Shown here piece by piece: positions 13,345 to 29,985 of a stretch of DNA of 64,000 bases (position 1 is the stretch's first letter; each line of letters opens with the position of its first letter). The notes beneath the pieces were generated by a model that ran no database searches, was not told where the DNA came from, and saw only the letters and a program-made list of their open reading frames with translations. Position numbers and translations under genes: made by a program. This DNA is from Lytechinus pictus. Its lineage: Eukaryota. The DNA lies in NCBI RefSeq assembly GCF_037042905.1, contig NC_087250.1:24802001-24866000 (forward strand), written 5' to 3'.

Positions 13345-13934
13345 AGGACAAGTTCACCCCAACAAAAACTTGATTTGAATAAAAAGAGAAAAATTCAACA
13401 AGCATAACACTGAAAATTCAATCAAAATCGGATGTAAAATAAGAAAGTTATGACATTTTAAAGTTTCGCTTTATTTCACAAAACAGTTTTATGCACATCT
13501 CGGTCGGTATGCAAATGAGGGAACTGATGACATCACTCACTCACTTTTTCTTTTGTATTTTATTATATGAAATATGAAATATTTTGATTTTCTCGTCATT
13601 GTCATGTGAAATGAAGTTTCATTCCTCCCTGAACACGTGGAATTCCATTCTTTTAACATTTTGTGCTTCAGGCAAGGAGGTCCTAATCATCAAATTCGTA
13701 AAAATTGAAATATTGTATAATTCAAACAATAAAAAACAAAAGAAATAGTGAGTGAGTGATATCATCGACTCTCTCATTTGGATGTAACTGGCTCGTTCAT
13801 ATAACTATTTTGTTAAAAATAAGCGAAACTTTGAAATGTCATAACTTTCTTATTTTACACCCGATTTTGATGAAATTTTCAGCATTGTGCTTGTCTGATT
13901 TTTCTCACACATTTTTCTGAGGTGGACTTGACCT
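13345..13934. mobile_element. TTAA-flanked Kolobok-like MITE
   Basis: TTAA|AGGACAAGTTCACC ... GGTGGACTTGACCT|TTAA with long imperfect TIRs. Other copies at 50074, 51751 and about 52642. Confidence 0.85.
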
Positions 13935-16063
13935 TTAAACGCACACACTATAGGAGTGATTATCGTGTTTTATATCCATTTTAGTGCAATTTCGACAGTG
14001 GAGAGCGATGCACATCTCTGATCTTTGCGAATACTGGTGCTTAGATATGTAGTCTCTTCCATATCACAAATTAAACTGATATTATTTTACTGAAGCATAA
14101 TATGTTTACAACGCATTTCCACTACACACGTGTACACAGTGTAGCAGGGAAAATAAAATTGTAAAAAGTAAGATCAGATACCTGTGTAATTGTGATTATT
14201 TGTTAGTTATAATGCCTGTCGTTTTGATACGTGGAAACAAGTCTGAGGCACATACTTTTTTTATTCTTTTTAAACGAAGTCACACACAAAAAAAACCATT
14301 ATCCTTCAGTGATTCAGATAATTTGGCAGTAATTGGTGAAATATATTCCATGACTACCCAATCCCTGAAAAAACCAAATGGGGCCCATTTCATAAAATGT
14401 TGATACGGCTTGCTGCCATGACAACAGTGAAACTTCTGCTTCCTGATTCGTTCGTTCAATGAAAGTTTATATTTCATCAAGAGTTGCTCTTTTAGTAACT
14501 TTTTAATGAAATGTAGCCCGCATCAGCTTTTCACTAATGTTTATTGCCACAGAAAAAACTTGGTTTGGAACAATTGAATTTTTGTTTGTGTCTATTATTT
14601 TTCAAGCATGATTTTTTTAAATATATTTTACTTTGCGAGAAAGTCAAGAATTGATAAAGAGCTAAGTGGTGTCTCTATTTTTTCCTTTATTTTTTTTTTT
14701 TTTGGGGGGGGTTATGGGCAGGGATGAATCTAGGATTTAAGTGGACAGGGGCTTTGGCCCCCACTTTTTTCAAAAAACACATAAGCACAAGTATAAACAT
14801 TACAAAATTGCCATTTGCTGTGATTTTTTTTTTGCATGGATAGCCCCCTCCCATTTTCGAAAATGTTCTGCGGCGCGTGTAAGGGTGAGCACCCCCCCAA
14901 AAAAAAAAATTATAAGCTTTCCCCCCCCCCCCCCGAAAAAAATATAAGTAATTCTCCCCAACCTTCCCCTGGTCAATGGATCTGGTAACCTCCCATGTTC
15001 AAACTGCGCGCTATGACAAACTATATATAGCATGACAAATGGTCTCCATAAGTTTGTTTTGCATGTAATCTGAGTGTGTGGGTGTGGTTGAATATTTTGA
15101 ATATTTTTTTTGTATTCGCCTTGATGTATGAAATTATGTCTGCACTACACCATGCTACACGAGATTAGTTCGCCTATGTGTGACACATTGTACATGTGTC
15201 CAGGTACCAGGAAACATAAAACAAAAAATCCAAAATTTCACCTATAATACCCATTTTCCCAGGATGGGCCACATTTAATAAACACGGTGGATACTGCATT
15301 TTATCGCCAAATTGATAAAATACGTTGAAATATCTAATTGAGTTTTATATCATGTATAATAATTTTATGTTGATAGTTCCATCAAAATATCTATTTTAAT
15401 AGGTTATAACCACGCAAGTATTTATTATTTTCGATAATAAATGGTTCAAATGACAGCATTACCAGTTCGTCTATAACCATTTCTTTAGTCTAATACCCAC
15501 TAACTTATCATTCATTTCGCCCAATTAGACTAAATAGTGGACTTAACTGGTTATGAGACGAAATGGTGAGTGGACGAATTTGTGATTAGACCATGTGGAT
15601 AGTGTACGAACTGATGGTAGACCAAATGATAGTATACGAGTGGGTGATTGGACGAAATGGCATAATACCAATTGAAAATAAACCATGATCATTTATTCTA
15701 CTGCCATTCCGTCCATCAACATGTCGTCTATAAACTATTTGGTCCAACCATCACTTCGTCTAATCACCCGGGGCCCGTAACACAATTTAGCAATGATCGT
15801 AGAACATTGTCCCCCTGGGATTTCTGCCCATGCTAATTACTGTTATTGAGGGGGCAAGATATGAAGTATCGGGCGAAAATTCTTAAAAGTAGCGAGTGAA
15901 GATCGATAGCGAGCGAGCAAAATTTTCACCTTTTTATCAGAAAATTGTATAGATTTTGACATTTACATTCATGTGATTTTAAATAATTTTCTCCCCTTTT
16001 TTTCTTGATCTTGAAGATTTCGGATGTCCATGGCCACCACCCCCCCCCCCCCCCTCAGTAGGC

Positions 16064-16283
16064 CAGTGGCGCACCCAGGATTTTCCAAAGGGGGGTGCAA
16101 AGTTTTTGGAGGATGTTTCGAATTTGACAAGCAAAAAAAAGGTCTTCAACCGCAAATAAAGGACGTACATTTCGTACAAGAAAAAAACTCGTCAGGGGGG
16201 GGGGGGGGCAGGGGTACGTTCCCTGCTTGAGTTGTGACTCGTCAGGGGGGCAGTCTGCCCCCCCCCCCGTAGGTTCGCTAGTG
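16064..16283. mobile_element. Short hAT-like MITE
   Basis: CAGTGGCGCACC...GGTTCGCTAGTG with 8-bp TSD CAGTAGGC (16056-16063, 16284-16291). The paralogous empty site is at about 23915-23922. Confidence 0.85.
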
Positions 16284-17152
16284 CAGTAGGCCCAACACAA
16301 AACCAATAATATAATAGTAGTTTAATAACTGTTAATTTAAAAAAAAAAAGTTTCTGGTCAATTCTAGTATCAGTAAACATTTATAAGATTACCCTTTTTC
16401 ATTATTATTTCTCAAGATCAAATTCTTATGTTTGATTTTTTCACAAGTGTTATCACGCATTTATGCTTAATTTCGTCAAGCCATGTTAATACTTTCCTTG
16501 TCTCTCTACAGCAACGAATATTGCTAATTACACTAATGTAGATGGAAGTCATCAATTATTTGTTTGTCTTAATGTAAAACAAATAAAGGAAACTAAAGAA
16601 GATGTTCAATTTCACTCTTGCCAAAGCAAAAACGAAAAAGAAATAAAATGTTTCTTCTCTTTTTTTGCCAAAAAACACCCAACAAGTTTGAGAAGTTTTT
16701 AAATTGTCTTTATGCACAGAAAAAGAAAAGATATTCTTGTCAGAAAATGGTATAGTGAACAAAAAAATTGTTTTTTAAATAATGTTTGATTTTACATAAT
16801 TCTTTCCTTATCCAAAATGATAAACAAGAAATTTCTGTTTGAAATCACTAGAAAATTTACGAACCTCATTTCGTTTTCGGACTAGCAAAGCTTCGGAATA
16901 AAGAAGCTTCGGAATTACGAATATATGCGGGGTTGCACACGTCAATACTTGTAAAGGGGTGCATTTTCAGAATATGGAAAATACGTGTTTAGGGTGCTTT
17001 TCAAGACCCCGTTGTCGCGCATGGTATCCACTCGTTAATGGAAGTGGCCCCTCCAGGCAAAAAAGACTGCTTGAAGTACTCTTTCCTTCCAAGGATAATG
17101 CCAAGGAAATTAGCATGTTTAGATAATGTATAGCATCTAAATAATATAAAAT

Positions 17153-18638
17153 CAGTGGCGTACCGTGGGTCACGGCATTGGGGGGGCATCAGCAAAGATC
17201 TCGAGTCACTTAGGGAGCGCGCGAAGCGCGCTCAGTTGCCAGGTATACTGACCTAACAGAGACATTTTAAGGACATGCAGTGCCATTAAACGGATATGTA
17301 TCTCACTGATTAAAAAATGCGAGCGCGAAGCGCGAGCTGAAAATATTTGATATTAAGACCTAAAAAGGGACATTATAAGCACATTTTTTTCTAATCATGA
17401 TACGTACCTGTCTCGCTAAATGAACAATGCGAGCACGAAGCGCGAGCTGAAATTCTTGTATACCTTGACCCCAAACAGGGAAATTTTAAGGACTATATTT
17501 ACGAATCCATTAAGAGTATACATATCTCAGCATAGTCATCTTATGCTAGTGCTATCCTTTGTTGATTTTGTTAGAATTACATCTAAACACATTAAGTATT
17601 TTTTGTAGTCATTGTAATCATGATAATCATACGCACCTCACTAATCAAATACTACGTATAACTGAAAATTTAGGAAATTCAGACCTGACGAGGGGCATCC
17701 TAAGGCTTGTTTGTAGACCTACACTATAAGACCGTACGTATTTCACTAACCAAATGAGGCGATCGCAAAGCGCCAGCTGAATTTTTGGTATATATTGACC
17801 CCAAACAAGGATATTTTAAGGACTATCTTTTTTAGGAATCCATGAAGAGTATCTCACCATAGTCATCTATTGCGAGTGCCAAGCGCTTTCTGATTTTGTT
17901 AGAATTACATCTAAACACATGAAGCACATTTTGTTGTCATAGTCATACGCATCTCACTAATCAAATACTGCGAGCGCGAAGCGCGAGCTGAAAATTTAGG
18001 AAATTCAGACCTGAAGAGGGGCATTCTAAGGCTTGTTTGCAGGAATTCACTAAGACCGTACGTATTTCACTAACCAAATGATGTGAGCGCGAAGCGCGAG
18101 CTAAACATTTTTGATATTGAGGTCAGAAAAATTCACATTTTAAGTACTGATTTTAGGAATTCATGAAGAACAGACATCTCACCAATCAACTAATGCGAAC
18201 GTAAGCATGGACAGGAAATATTTTATATTAAGATCTTAAAATAGGGCAATCACTTTAAGTGATCATGAAAATGAAACAAAGTCACTACATAAAACAATAA
18301 TAACTCGATTTGCGAGGAATTATATTCGGCGTACAGTATATTGATTTGAAAACGGGAGGTTTTAGTAAAACAGGATTATATATCTCGTTAAACAGTCTAT
18401 GCGAGCACCAGGAACAATGAAGACATAGACCCTGAGCAAATAATGTTTCATAAAGTGATGAAAAAATGCTTCTCATGTAATATAATATAATATAATATAA
18501 CATTATAATGAAAAATAATTTCTTCTTTCCCCACTACGTTTCTCTCCCTTTCTCCCTCTTTTTCTCCTTTTCTCCGTTTTTTTGGCCAGCCGATTGGGGG
18601 TGGCACGTGTCCCCCATGCCCCCGTAGTTACGCCACTG
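17153..18638 (-). mobile_element. hAT-like CAGTGGCGTA-family element (reverse orientation)
   Basis: TIRs CAGTGGCGTA/TACGCCACTG. TSD TATAAAAT/TGTAAAAT (7/8). Reverse-complement homologue of 339-4285 without the 833-bp amplification. Confidence 0.9.
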
Positions 18639-19063
18639 TGTAAAATGTTTTGTTTGGGGTAAAATACATACAGTTTGTCTTTTCACAATTTACAATGAGT
18701 TCATTTGCTTTAAACCAGTCATTAATTTTTTGAAGTTCTCGGTTGGTGGTATCAATAATTAGATTGAGGAGATTGTACTCGGATGCAACACTGTCGTGTC
18801 ATCGGCAAATAATACCGTTTCAAAAATTGATACATTGCATAAATCATTTTTATACTACATTGGAAAAATCAAAAGTTTTTTTATTCGAAGTAAATTCAAA
18901 GGAAATGAGAATGAAGATCGTTGACGGACGCAAGGTTACCATCTATACAATAAATATTATTGTAATATATATTATTTTAACTTGCCCCGTCCCGTTGCAT
19001 AAAAGTTGCTATTATATTGAGAAGGAATGTTTTCTTTAAATAATCTGATTATTTTCTTACTTT

Positions 19064-19535
19064 TGTAATGTGAAATTGGCTACCCCTAATGGGTTGCATC
19101 AGGCTATTTAAATTTACTGTAGTTTGGTGAACAATGGCTATTGTTCAAAGTTTATTCAGGTATGCATTTAAGCATCCCTGGATATACTTGGCTTGGTTGA
19201 TCTCTTGACCAATCAAGAGTCAGTTGGGGGTAGCAATAATGTACCCCCAATAGGTATAGGAGGCTTTCTTTTCAAGCCAGCTAGAGCACGAATTTGGCGG
19301 GAAGAGGGCAGAAGAGATTGAGCTTTTGAAGAAGAAGGTTGTCTTCCCCGTGTCAGTTTGAGTCAAAGTACAACTCAACATAATTATATGCAATTATTAA
19401 TTTACTAGAGGATGTTTGCATACACTGTAATTACCAGAGTAAATTAACCCAGAGATACTGAGAGCGAGGCTGTTTTTCTTGGAATAAAATACCTGTACCA
19501 CCGCAAACCAGTCTGGACTTGGCTTCTTTCATTAC
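19064..19535. mobile_element. Possible solo LTR
   Basis: About 470-bp block richer in GC than its flanks. Begins TGTAATG and ends CATTAC, has an internal AATAAA near the right end and T-rich flanks. Confidence 0.3.
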
Positions 19536-19590
19536 TTTTAGGGGGACATTGGTGGAGGAACCCGTTTTGCCCCCCCCAAAAAAAAAAAAA

Positions 19591-19714
<124 letters not shown>

Positions 19715-20958
19715 CGCTTGCCTGAAGATCGCACCTCACGTAGGTTGCGTGAAACTCAGAGTTTCAATTAAATTTGATGAACCTCCAGTCAACCTTGTGA
19801 ACTTGTGTTTATTATGTATATATACATTTAATGGGGGCAAAACGGGTCCCTATTTGTTTGTTTTAGTTGAAATTTTGGCAAGCACGATAGGGGAATGTAA
19901 ACAAATCCATGTTTTAATACACAGTATACTGCATTTTATTGCCACATTGACAAATAACGGTTGAATATTTATGGGCTTTTATAATCTTGACAGATTCATC
20001 AATATGTTTATTCACATTTGTTCAAACGACGTAAGTATTGATTATTTCAGATAATAGATGGGTTCAAAGAACAGCATTGTCTTGCAACTTTTGCCACTCC
20101 CATGCATACATGTTTATATTATTGTTCCAGATTCTCATGAGATATCAAATTTAAGGACAAGAATGGGTTGGGCTTTTGACTCGCTATTACAGGCAGCCAT
20201 TAGAACTGTAATTAACCAGTTCGTTTACTGCCAACTCGTACGCTCATCACACCGTCTACCATGATAATTTATTATAATGCCATTCCGTCCATCAACATGT
20301 CGTCCGTAAACTATTTGGTCCAACCATCACTTCGTCTAATCACCAGTTCGTTCGTTTCATAATCAATTGACCTAATACCCAATTTATTTACATTCATTTG
20401 CCCAATTAGTCCAATTCTACCAAAATTTAATGATATATGGACTAAATGGTTATTGGACCAACTGGTTATTAAACGAAATGGTGAGTGGTCAAAATTGCAA
20501 TTCGACCATATGGATAGTGGATGAACTGATGGTAGACCAAATGGGAGCAGATGAGTTGATAATTGGACGAATCGGCATAAGAACAATTGAAAATAAACCA
20601 GAATTGGTTATCTTTCTATATCACCATGAACACAGACTTAGAGCCGCCAGCAAAATCATATTAATTATACATGTATTTGGAAAAAAAACTAACAAACTGC
20701 ATGCACCTTCATTGTCAAGATTAATTTCATTGTTTATGATCACGATACTGAACCAACCACGATGACGGTTGTTTCCTACCCGCGGGGGGGGGGGTAATTG
20801 GTTTGGACGGGGGTGTGTGGCTGAAGGTTCAAAACCCATAACCATATTTACGGGTCAATTGGCTAAAAAGGTACCCATTATTAAGGATTTATTGAAGATA
20901 AATAAATAAAAATTAAAAGGTTATCACCAAAAATGGAAGGAGAGTATGGACCATTGTT

Positions 20959-21952
20959 GGTGACAGGTGCCCTATTACCGTGCGGAAATGACTACGGGTA
21001 TATAATCAAGCATAGGATTCTTACTAAGTACCTGTACCCCAACAAACTATATATTTTTGGAAAGCTTATGAGCTGATCTACACAAAAATTTGCACTGTGG
21101 CATATAAGCTTTAGGCATAAGCAAAATATGGTCATTCAAAGTCATGAATTTAAAAATCATGATTTTTCTCTATATGAACTTTCTATGGTTATAGCTTCAC
21201 AACATAGAGTGTAATTTAAGTTTTGATGGATTAATTTAATTCTCTGACTTCTTTGTGATGAATTAATGATGGCTTTAAGAAATATTCAGAGTAGAATTGT
21301 AAAAATTATGGATTAAACAAGCAGTCAGATAATGAGAAATTCAGAAAGGACTTTTATACACAACTCCACCTGTGGGGGTACCATGCACAAAAACTATCAT
21401 TATTTTGTTGTACTCTTCAAGATACACAATTCTACAAAATTTCATGCAAATCCAATGATTAGAACGCAAGTTATTACATTTTTCATAAAAAAAACCCTCA
21501 ATTTTGTATAATATCACGATAAAGAAAGGGCTATAATACTAATAATAACGGACATTTGTAACGTGCCATGTCTGTCACATAGTGTATGTAACTTGAAGTC
21601 ACTGCCATATTGTGCAATACAGTAGCTCTCCCTATTTGGCCAACAGAGGGTGGTAGTCCACTTTGCTACATGGAATATCTGGGGCTTCAGCCAAAAAAAT
21701 CTGGGGATTTTCTGATTTTTTTAAAGGCAGCATCAAAGGTTTTGGGGACAGATTTAATCACTTCCGGTGTGTAAAATACTACTTCCGGTTTGAGAATTGT
21801 ATGAAAATATGTTTTAACCCCCCTCTTATTAAAAAAAGAGGTAGAATATTGAGATAAAACAAGTTGCATGATGAAGTACACACATGAAACTAGCAAAGGA
21901 GACAAAAAAATTAAAATCATAAAATTTTTTTTTTTTTAGGGCACCTGTCACC
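20959..21952. mobile_element. Kolobok-like MITE nested in 20781-23480
   Basis: TIRs GGTGACAGGTGCCCT / AGGGCACCTGTCACC followed by TTAA on the right. The left TTAA is not preserved. Confidence 0.75.
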
Positions 21953-22089
21953 TTAAGGCCAGTATCTAAAAATAGGGGCCATGTTTAGGAATTTTCCAGC
22001 ATAAAACTATACCCCATGTTTAGAGATTTCTTACCAAAAAGCGACCCATTCCAGCGGCACATCCCCGTATGCCTTATTTCGTGAGCACC

Positions 22090-22113
22090 CAGGCGAGTAG
22101 CCAGGGGCGGTCG

Positions 22114-22144
<31 letters not shown>

Positions 22145-23465
22145 AAATAATAATAATACGCTCCCAAAAAGGAAAAAAGAAAGGAAAAAGGAGAAAAAGA
22201 AAAAGCGGGAGGAGAAAAGGGAAAAAAGTTATAGCTTAGTTGGTTTTTTTCCTTCTTTTTTTTGGTCAAAAGAATGAAAACCTAAACAGAAGTTTTACTT
22301 CCGCGCGGGAAACATATCAAAATTGCTATTCCCTTTTATTTTCCACACCTTTTTCTACTCCGTTTTTCTCCTTCCAGGCTGTGGGAATCGTATATTCTTG
22401 CCAGAAATTATATAGTATACACGGGTGTAATGAGTGTGAAAAGTATTTTTTTATCGCATTGACACAAAATTTTGGCTCTTCTGTTCGGAGCGGGTAAACA
22501 TAACCGTCACTCCCTGAATGCTATTCCGCTTTAAATTCGTGCCGTGCTATATGCAAAAGTATGTACGATGTTAAACTTTATTCTATATCGCTGCACATCC
22601 ATCTCCTGTCTCGTTTTGAAATTTTGAATATCACTGAAGTTTCTTAATCAAACAAAAGGAAGCGCTTAATATGAGCGAAATTACATAATTGTTTTCTTCC
22701 AAATAAATCACAGAGGTTTCGGTGCTTCGCGAGCATGGGAAAGGAAAAGTCCATCTTCTAGCTTGCATCATTCATCCCTTTTCACATTTTGAGATCGCCT
22801 TTCTTCTTAATCGAGTTATATATATACTCTCGGAAATATCAAAATTAAAACAGGTTAAAGATTCGGAGAAATTTCAAAAATTCTATCAGAGCTTCAACGC
22901 CATTCGTGAAAAGGAAAAGGGCTTATTTCCCTCCACCGTCTTTTATACTGTTTGGCGACTCGAGTTAACGAAATTTAATGTGGATAAACTTTTTACAATC
23001 AAATCTGATGTGACCATGGTAGGCATAATTGTATCATTGCTGTTCTCTATTTTTATAAAACGTTTTAAGCTTCCGCTCTCTTCGCACGGTAAGAGTAATT
23101 ATTTCAAATTCTTTAGTCTTTTCTCAATTTAGGGGCACTCATAATTTCTTTCAAAAACATTTATATTTCAATCACAGTAAGTCAATATTCGAGTTGATAA
23201 GGGTATAGAGACGCAAGAGAAGACCTTCTTATGATTTAAATTTGATGAGATATCAAAAACTCCCTGCACCCTTCCCCCCCCCCCCCCCCTATAAGAAAAA
23301 AAAGGGGGTTATCAGCCTAAATTTTTAGGGGGGCACCCAAAATTTTTTGACAAGTAAAAAAAAAAGGGAGGGTTATCAACAAAAAATGTCTGTAAGTGAT
23401 GGCACCGCACGCTTCGCGTGCACTTACCGCCCCCTCAAAAATCAAATCCTGGCTATACGCAGTTG
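22090..23465. mobile_element. hAT-like element nested in 20781-23480
   Basis: CAGGCGAGTAGCCAGG ... CCTGGCTATACGCAGTTG. Decayed 8-bp TSD TGAGCACC/TAAGTACC. Confidence 0.6.
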
Positions 23466-23489
23466 TAAGTACCCCCCGGGTTTCCTACC

Positions 23490-23624
23490 GGTATCCAATT
23501 AGCACCTGAGGGTGAATAGCAATGGGGGTAAGATTCTTGCCAAAATAAATTAGTCTCGCGACTAGAATCGAACCCATAAACCTGTGATTCTCAGTCTGAG
23601 AACTTGACCACTAGACCACGACTC
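23490..23624 (-). mobile_element. tRNA-derived SINE, 5' part (3' part displaced to about 20620-20780)
   Basis: Minus strand reads AGTCGTGGTCTAGTGG (Pol III A box) ... GGTTCGATTCT (B box), then a SINE core-like GGCAAG...CACCCTCAGGTGCTAATTGGATACC. Confidence 0.7.
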
Positions 23625-24701
23625 AAACATATTATGATCATGAATTCAGACAATAGTATTCTAATTACTGATAGTGAGAGGGGCAAGATATGAAGTCACA
23701 GGCGGAAATTCTTAAAAGCAGCGAGAAAGTGAAGAGAGCGGGCGAGAAAAACAAAACGAGCGAGCAAAATTTTCACCTTTTTACCACAAAATCTTATAGA
23801 TTTTGACATTACATTTAGAAAATGATTTCAAATATTGTTCTTCCCCTTTTTTCTTGATCTTGAAGATTTCGGGGTCCGAGGCCGCCAGCTTGAGCCCCCC
23901 CCCCCCTCCCCCATTAGTAGGCCCAATGCAAAACCAATAATAGTTAAATCATTGTGAGTTTTTTTTTGTAAATTTCTTGTCCATTGTTCAATTCTAGTAT
24001 CAGTAAACATTTATGAGATTACCTTTTTTTTCATTTCTCCGAATCAAAATCTGATGCTTAATTTTAAAGCCGTGTTATCACGCATGTATGCTTAATTCCG
24101 TCAAGCCATGTTAATACTTTCCTTGTCTCTCTACAGCAACGAATGTTGCTAATTACATATGTAGATGGAAGTTATCAATAATTTGTTTGTCTAAATGTAA
24201 AACAGATAAAGGAAAACTACAACAGGTGTTCAGTTTTCACTCTTGTCAAAGCAAATACGAACAAGAAATAAAGTGTTTCTTTTTCTTTTTTTGCCAAAAA
24301 AAACCCCAACAAGTTAGAGAAGTTTTTAAATTGTCTTTATGCACAGAAATAGAAAAGATATTTATGTCAGAAAACGGTATAGTGAAAACAAAGTTTGTTT
24401 TTTAAATAATGTTTTATTTTTTTTATGAGAGAAGAGCTATCTCAAGACTTACACTTTTATATAAATCTGTAAATCATATTGCTTCAATCAACGTAGGGGG
24501 TGATTCCATACGTGTCGTACGGGACATTTAGAGAACATTTGACAGTTTTTCGACAAGAAGAACAACAATATTCCAGTAACTAAAGATGATCATCAAGTAC
24601 TGCCAGAGTGTTAGGAAAACCAAGACTTAAACTGACTTGAATTCACATCCTGTATAATACAGATTTAAAACATTATAGTAAAGTGTCGTACGTACGGCAC
24701 A

Positions 24702-26832
<2,131 letters not shown>

Positions 26833-28059
26833 ACGGCACATGTCCTGTATCACACACTCTGTCGTACGGGACAACTTTTAATAGGACAATTATTGAAAAA
26901 TGAAGGGCAGTAATTAAATTCTTATAGGATAAATCGATCACCCATGGGTCAAATATAGAGAAACTCATATTGTAAGATTGCATCATTAAAAATAAAAATG
27001 GAGGAAAAACTTTTGCATTTTCTTGTGTCGTACGGGACATTGCCTAAAATAGGTTCGGAAAAATCAGGGCTGCCCCTATAATGGATCGTGAAAATGTTGT
27101 AGATATTATTTGGAACCATCCATGATACATTATTCCATTGACCTGCAATATTTTCAATCTTCTTGTGCTTTAATTGCCAATAATGGATTCAGGCAGTGTT
27201 TGTACTTGACTGTTAATTTTAATCAGCAAAATTATTGAAAATCGAAAATTTCCTTGTTTCCCCCTAAAAAACTATATCTGACTTCACTTTTGGTTAAAAC
27301 TCATAATTTTCATAAAATCTAGGTATCATAGTAAAATATTACACTACTTATGACATATTGAAAGCATGTTGAAATTTATGATATTTTTGAAGTTCTAGTG
27401 TGGAATCGCCCCAGGTCGATATTTTACAACTCCCCCTCAAAATTCTGTCAGGACACGGAAATTATCTTTCTCCCGATCAACAACAACAAAAAAAGACTGC
27501 TTCAAGTACTCTTTCATTCCAAGAACAAAGCACGGATCCAGGATTTTCCAAAGGGGGGGGGGGCAAATTTTCTAGAGGAAATATTTGACAACCCCTCCCC
27601 CCCCCCCCAAAAAAAAAAAGAGGGTTTTTTCTATCCCATTTCGTCCACGAAAAAGTTTGACAAGCAAAATAAAAAGCAAAAAAAAGGTCTTCACTTCAAA
27701 GGGGGGGGGGGGCACACTTGTGTTTTCACGGAATCCCCCCCCCCCTCCCTGTTTCCGCCAATGCCAAGGACTAAGGCAGAATTGAATATACAACCAGCAG
27801 ACACACGTAAAGTTAAATCGATTGATGGTTTTAAGACAAGGCTAAACAAAATTCAAATGTCTACTTTCATCCAGGAGGGGAAGGGGGCACATCATATTAC
27901 AGACGCCTGCATCAATTATATCCCGATTGAGGAGTATGCATGCAGTAACAGGAAGAAGGAAGAAAAAGAAGTTTCAGTAGTTGTTCGAAAAAAAAATATT
28001 GGAATTTTACTTACAACCGAGTGCACTCTTTTAGTATCAGGCCTATTTCTCTTTTTTTT

Positions 28060-28061
28060 TT

Positions 28062-28125
<64 letters not shown>

Positions 28126-28129
28126 TTTT

Positions 28130-28193
<64 letters not shown>

Positions 28194-28197
28194 TTTT

Positions 28198-28233
<36 letters not shown>

Positions 28234-28237
28234 TTTT

Positions 28238-28301
<64 letters not shown>

Positions 28302-28510
28302 TCGTTTCTTGGTTTCTTTCTTTCTTTCCTCACTCCCCCCTCCCTCATTCCTTCCCTTCTCTCCCTCTCTCTCTCTCTCTTTCTTTCTTCCTTCCTTCCT
28401 CCCTTCCCCCTCTCTATCCCTTTCTTTCTTTCTGTCTTCTTTCTTTCTTTCTTTTCGTTCTTTCTTTGTTTTTTCTTTCTTCCCTCCTTTTATTTTCATC
28501 TTCTTTCTTA
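28060..28510. repeat. (TTTC)n microsatellite and pyrimidine-rich low-complexity tract
   Basis: Direct inspection. It explains the F/S/L- and K/E/R-rich ORFs here. Confidence 0.95.
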
Positions 28511-28639
28511 GTTTGTTCTGCTGGACAACTGATTATGCTGAAGCTTACAACTAGTTTGAATATGTTATGTCAGGTTTTTATAATAAACATTTTCCCCTAA
28601 AAAGGGAAAGCAGTAAGGTGAGAGGAACTTGGATGAGTG

Positions 28640-29985
28640 ACAGCATCTTTAGTTTAATTTAATACAAGAAATTTTTGCATAAACCAAGCAGTTCTAATGA
28701 ATCTAAATATAAAAGAATCAGAAATGCTTTAAATACTACAATAAGGGAATGTAAGGAAACAATATTTTGAGAAGAAGTTTGCTGCATTTAAAAGCAATTA
28801 CATTAACGCAACATGGAATCTTGTAAACTTAAACTAAATAAAGGGGACAAAGGTTTTTGTGACATTAAAATGAAGTGTATTGGCGAATTAACTACTGACT
28901 TGATTTTAATTTCCAATGCATAAACCAAGCAGTTCTAATGAATCTAAATATAAAAGAATTAGAAAATGCTTTAAATACTACAATAACGAATGTAAAGAAA
29001 CAATATTTTGACAAAAGAAATGCTGCATTTAAAAGTAACATTATAAAGCAACATGGCATCTTGTAGACTTAATAAAGGGGACACAGGTTTTTGTGATATT
29101 AAAATGAAGTGTAGCATTAATTCCTAAGGTTGAAAAAACAAAATTTATTGGTGTAAACATTGATTCAAAATGACTTAGAAAATTTTCATACAAAATATAG
29201 AGATGAAAATATAAAAGAATATATATCCAGATTGTTACTTTTTACCAGCTAATATTGCGAATGTTGTATTCCACACTTATATTGCCATTTTGTCTTAATT
29301 GTAACTTAATTAATTTGGAGTATAGTACTTTTCAATCTAACCTAAAGAAATTTGTTGCAAAACAAAATGAAATATTTAGAATCATAGCTGGAGCAAGCGC
29401 AATATCTAAAGTTAGCACATTATACTCAGAGTTTAAACTGCTTACTTTAGAAGATATTACAACCTACCAGAAATGTATTTATATTTATCAGTGTATCAAT
29501 CGGCTTATGCTTGTTAATTTTTCTCATTTGTTTGATACAAATCTGAATTTATATACACGCTCCTCTTCATTAATTAATTTGCCAAGACATATGACCTGTT
29601 CTTATTAACATAATATTCGTGGAACAATTTACCTACAGACATGAGAAATGCACCAACTTTGAATACTTAAAAATAAAAAAAAACTTACGCCTGTTCCCTA
29701 AATTTTGTAATTTGCTTTGCAGTTTTAGTTGTGGGATGATTGGGTTGACGATTTATTAAAATGATATACCAATATTTTATATAAAGTTGCCTCCCCCATT
29801 TGTTTTCCCCTTGTTTTGTATTGTATTCTGTTTAGATAGGTTTTTTCATGTATTGTTTATGTCACGGTGCACTCATCACAAGCGAGTCTTTCTAAGTTGC
29901 TACCTCCATTTTTTTGTTCAAGTTCTTAAAATGTATTGATGCTTCAATCGTTGGAAATAAATGTACTTTCATTCATTCACTCAAG
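28640..29985 (+). mobile_element. Degenerate LINE remnant with the RT core deleted and a 241-bp internal tandem duplication
   Basis: ORF 29255..29608 (MLYSTLILP...QNEIFRII...) parallels the C-terminus of the LINE at 10196-11086. Duplicated block starts at 28676 and 28917. 3' AATAAA and (TTCA)n tail at about 29957-29982. Confidence 0.7.

Larger units (their letters stand above)
20781..23480. mobile_element. CCCGGGGG-ended non-autonomous DNA element hosting two further insertions
   Basis: Ends C(C)GCGGGGGG ... CCCCCCGGG. Flanked by direct repeat (G)TTTCCTACC at 20771-20780 and 23480-23489. Confidence 0.7.

Noticed and set aside
23540..23624. tRNA gene
   Set aside because: A and B boxes are present but there is no convincing acceptor stem, and a SINE-like core follows.
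27398..28600. 400-aa ORF and overlapping FLSF/KKER ORFs (also 24627-25175 and 19431-19739)
   Set aside because: Stop-free frames generated by (TTTC)n, (AAAG)n and (TA)n microsatellites plus TE fragments.
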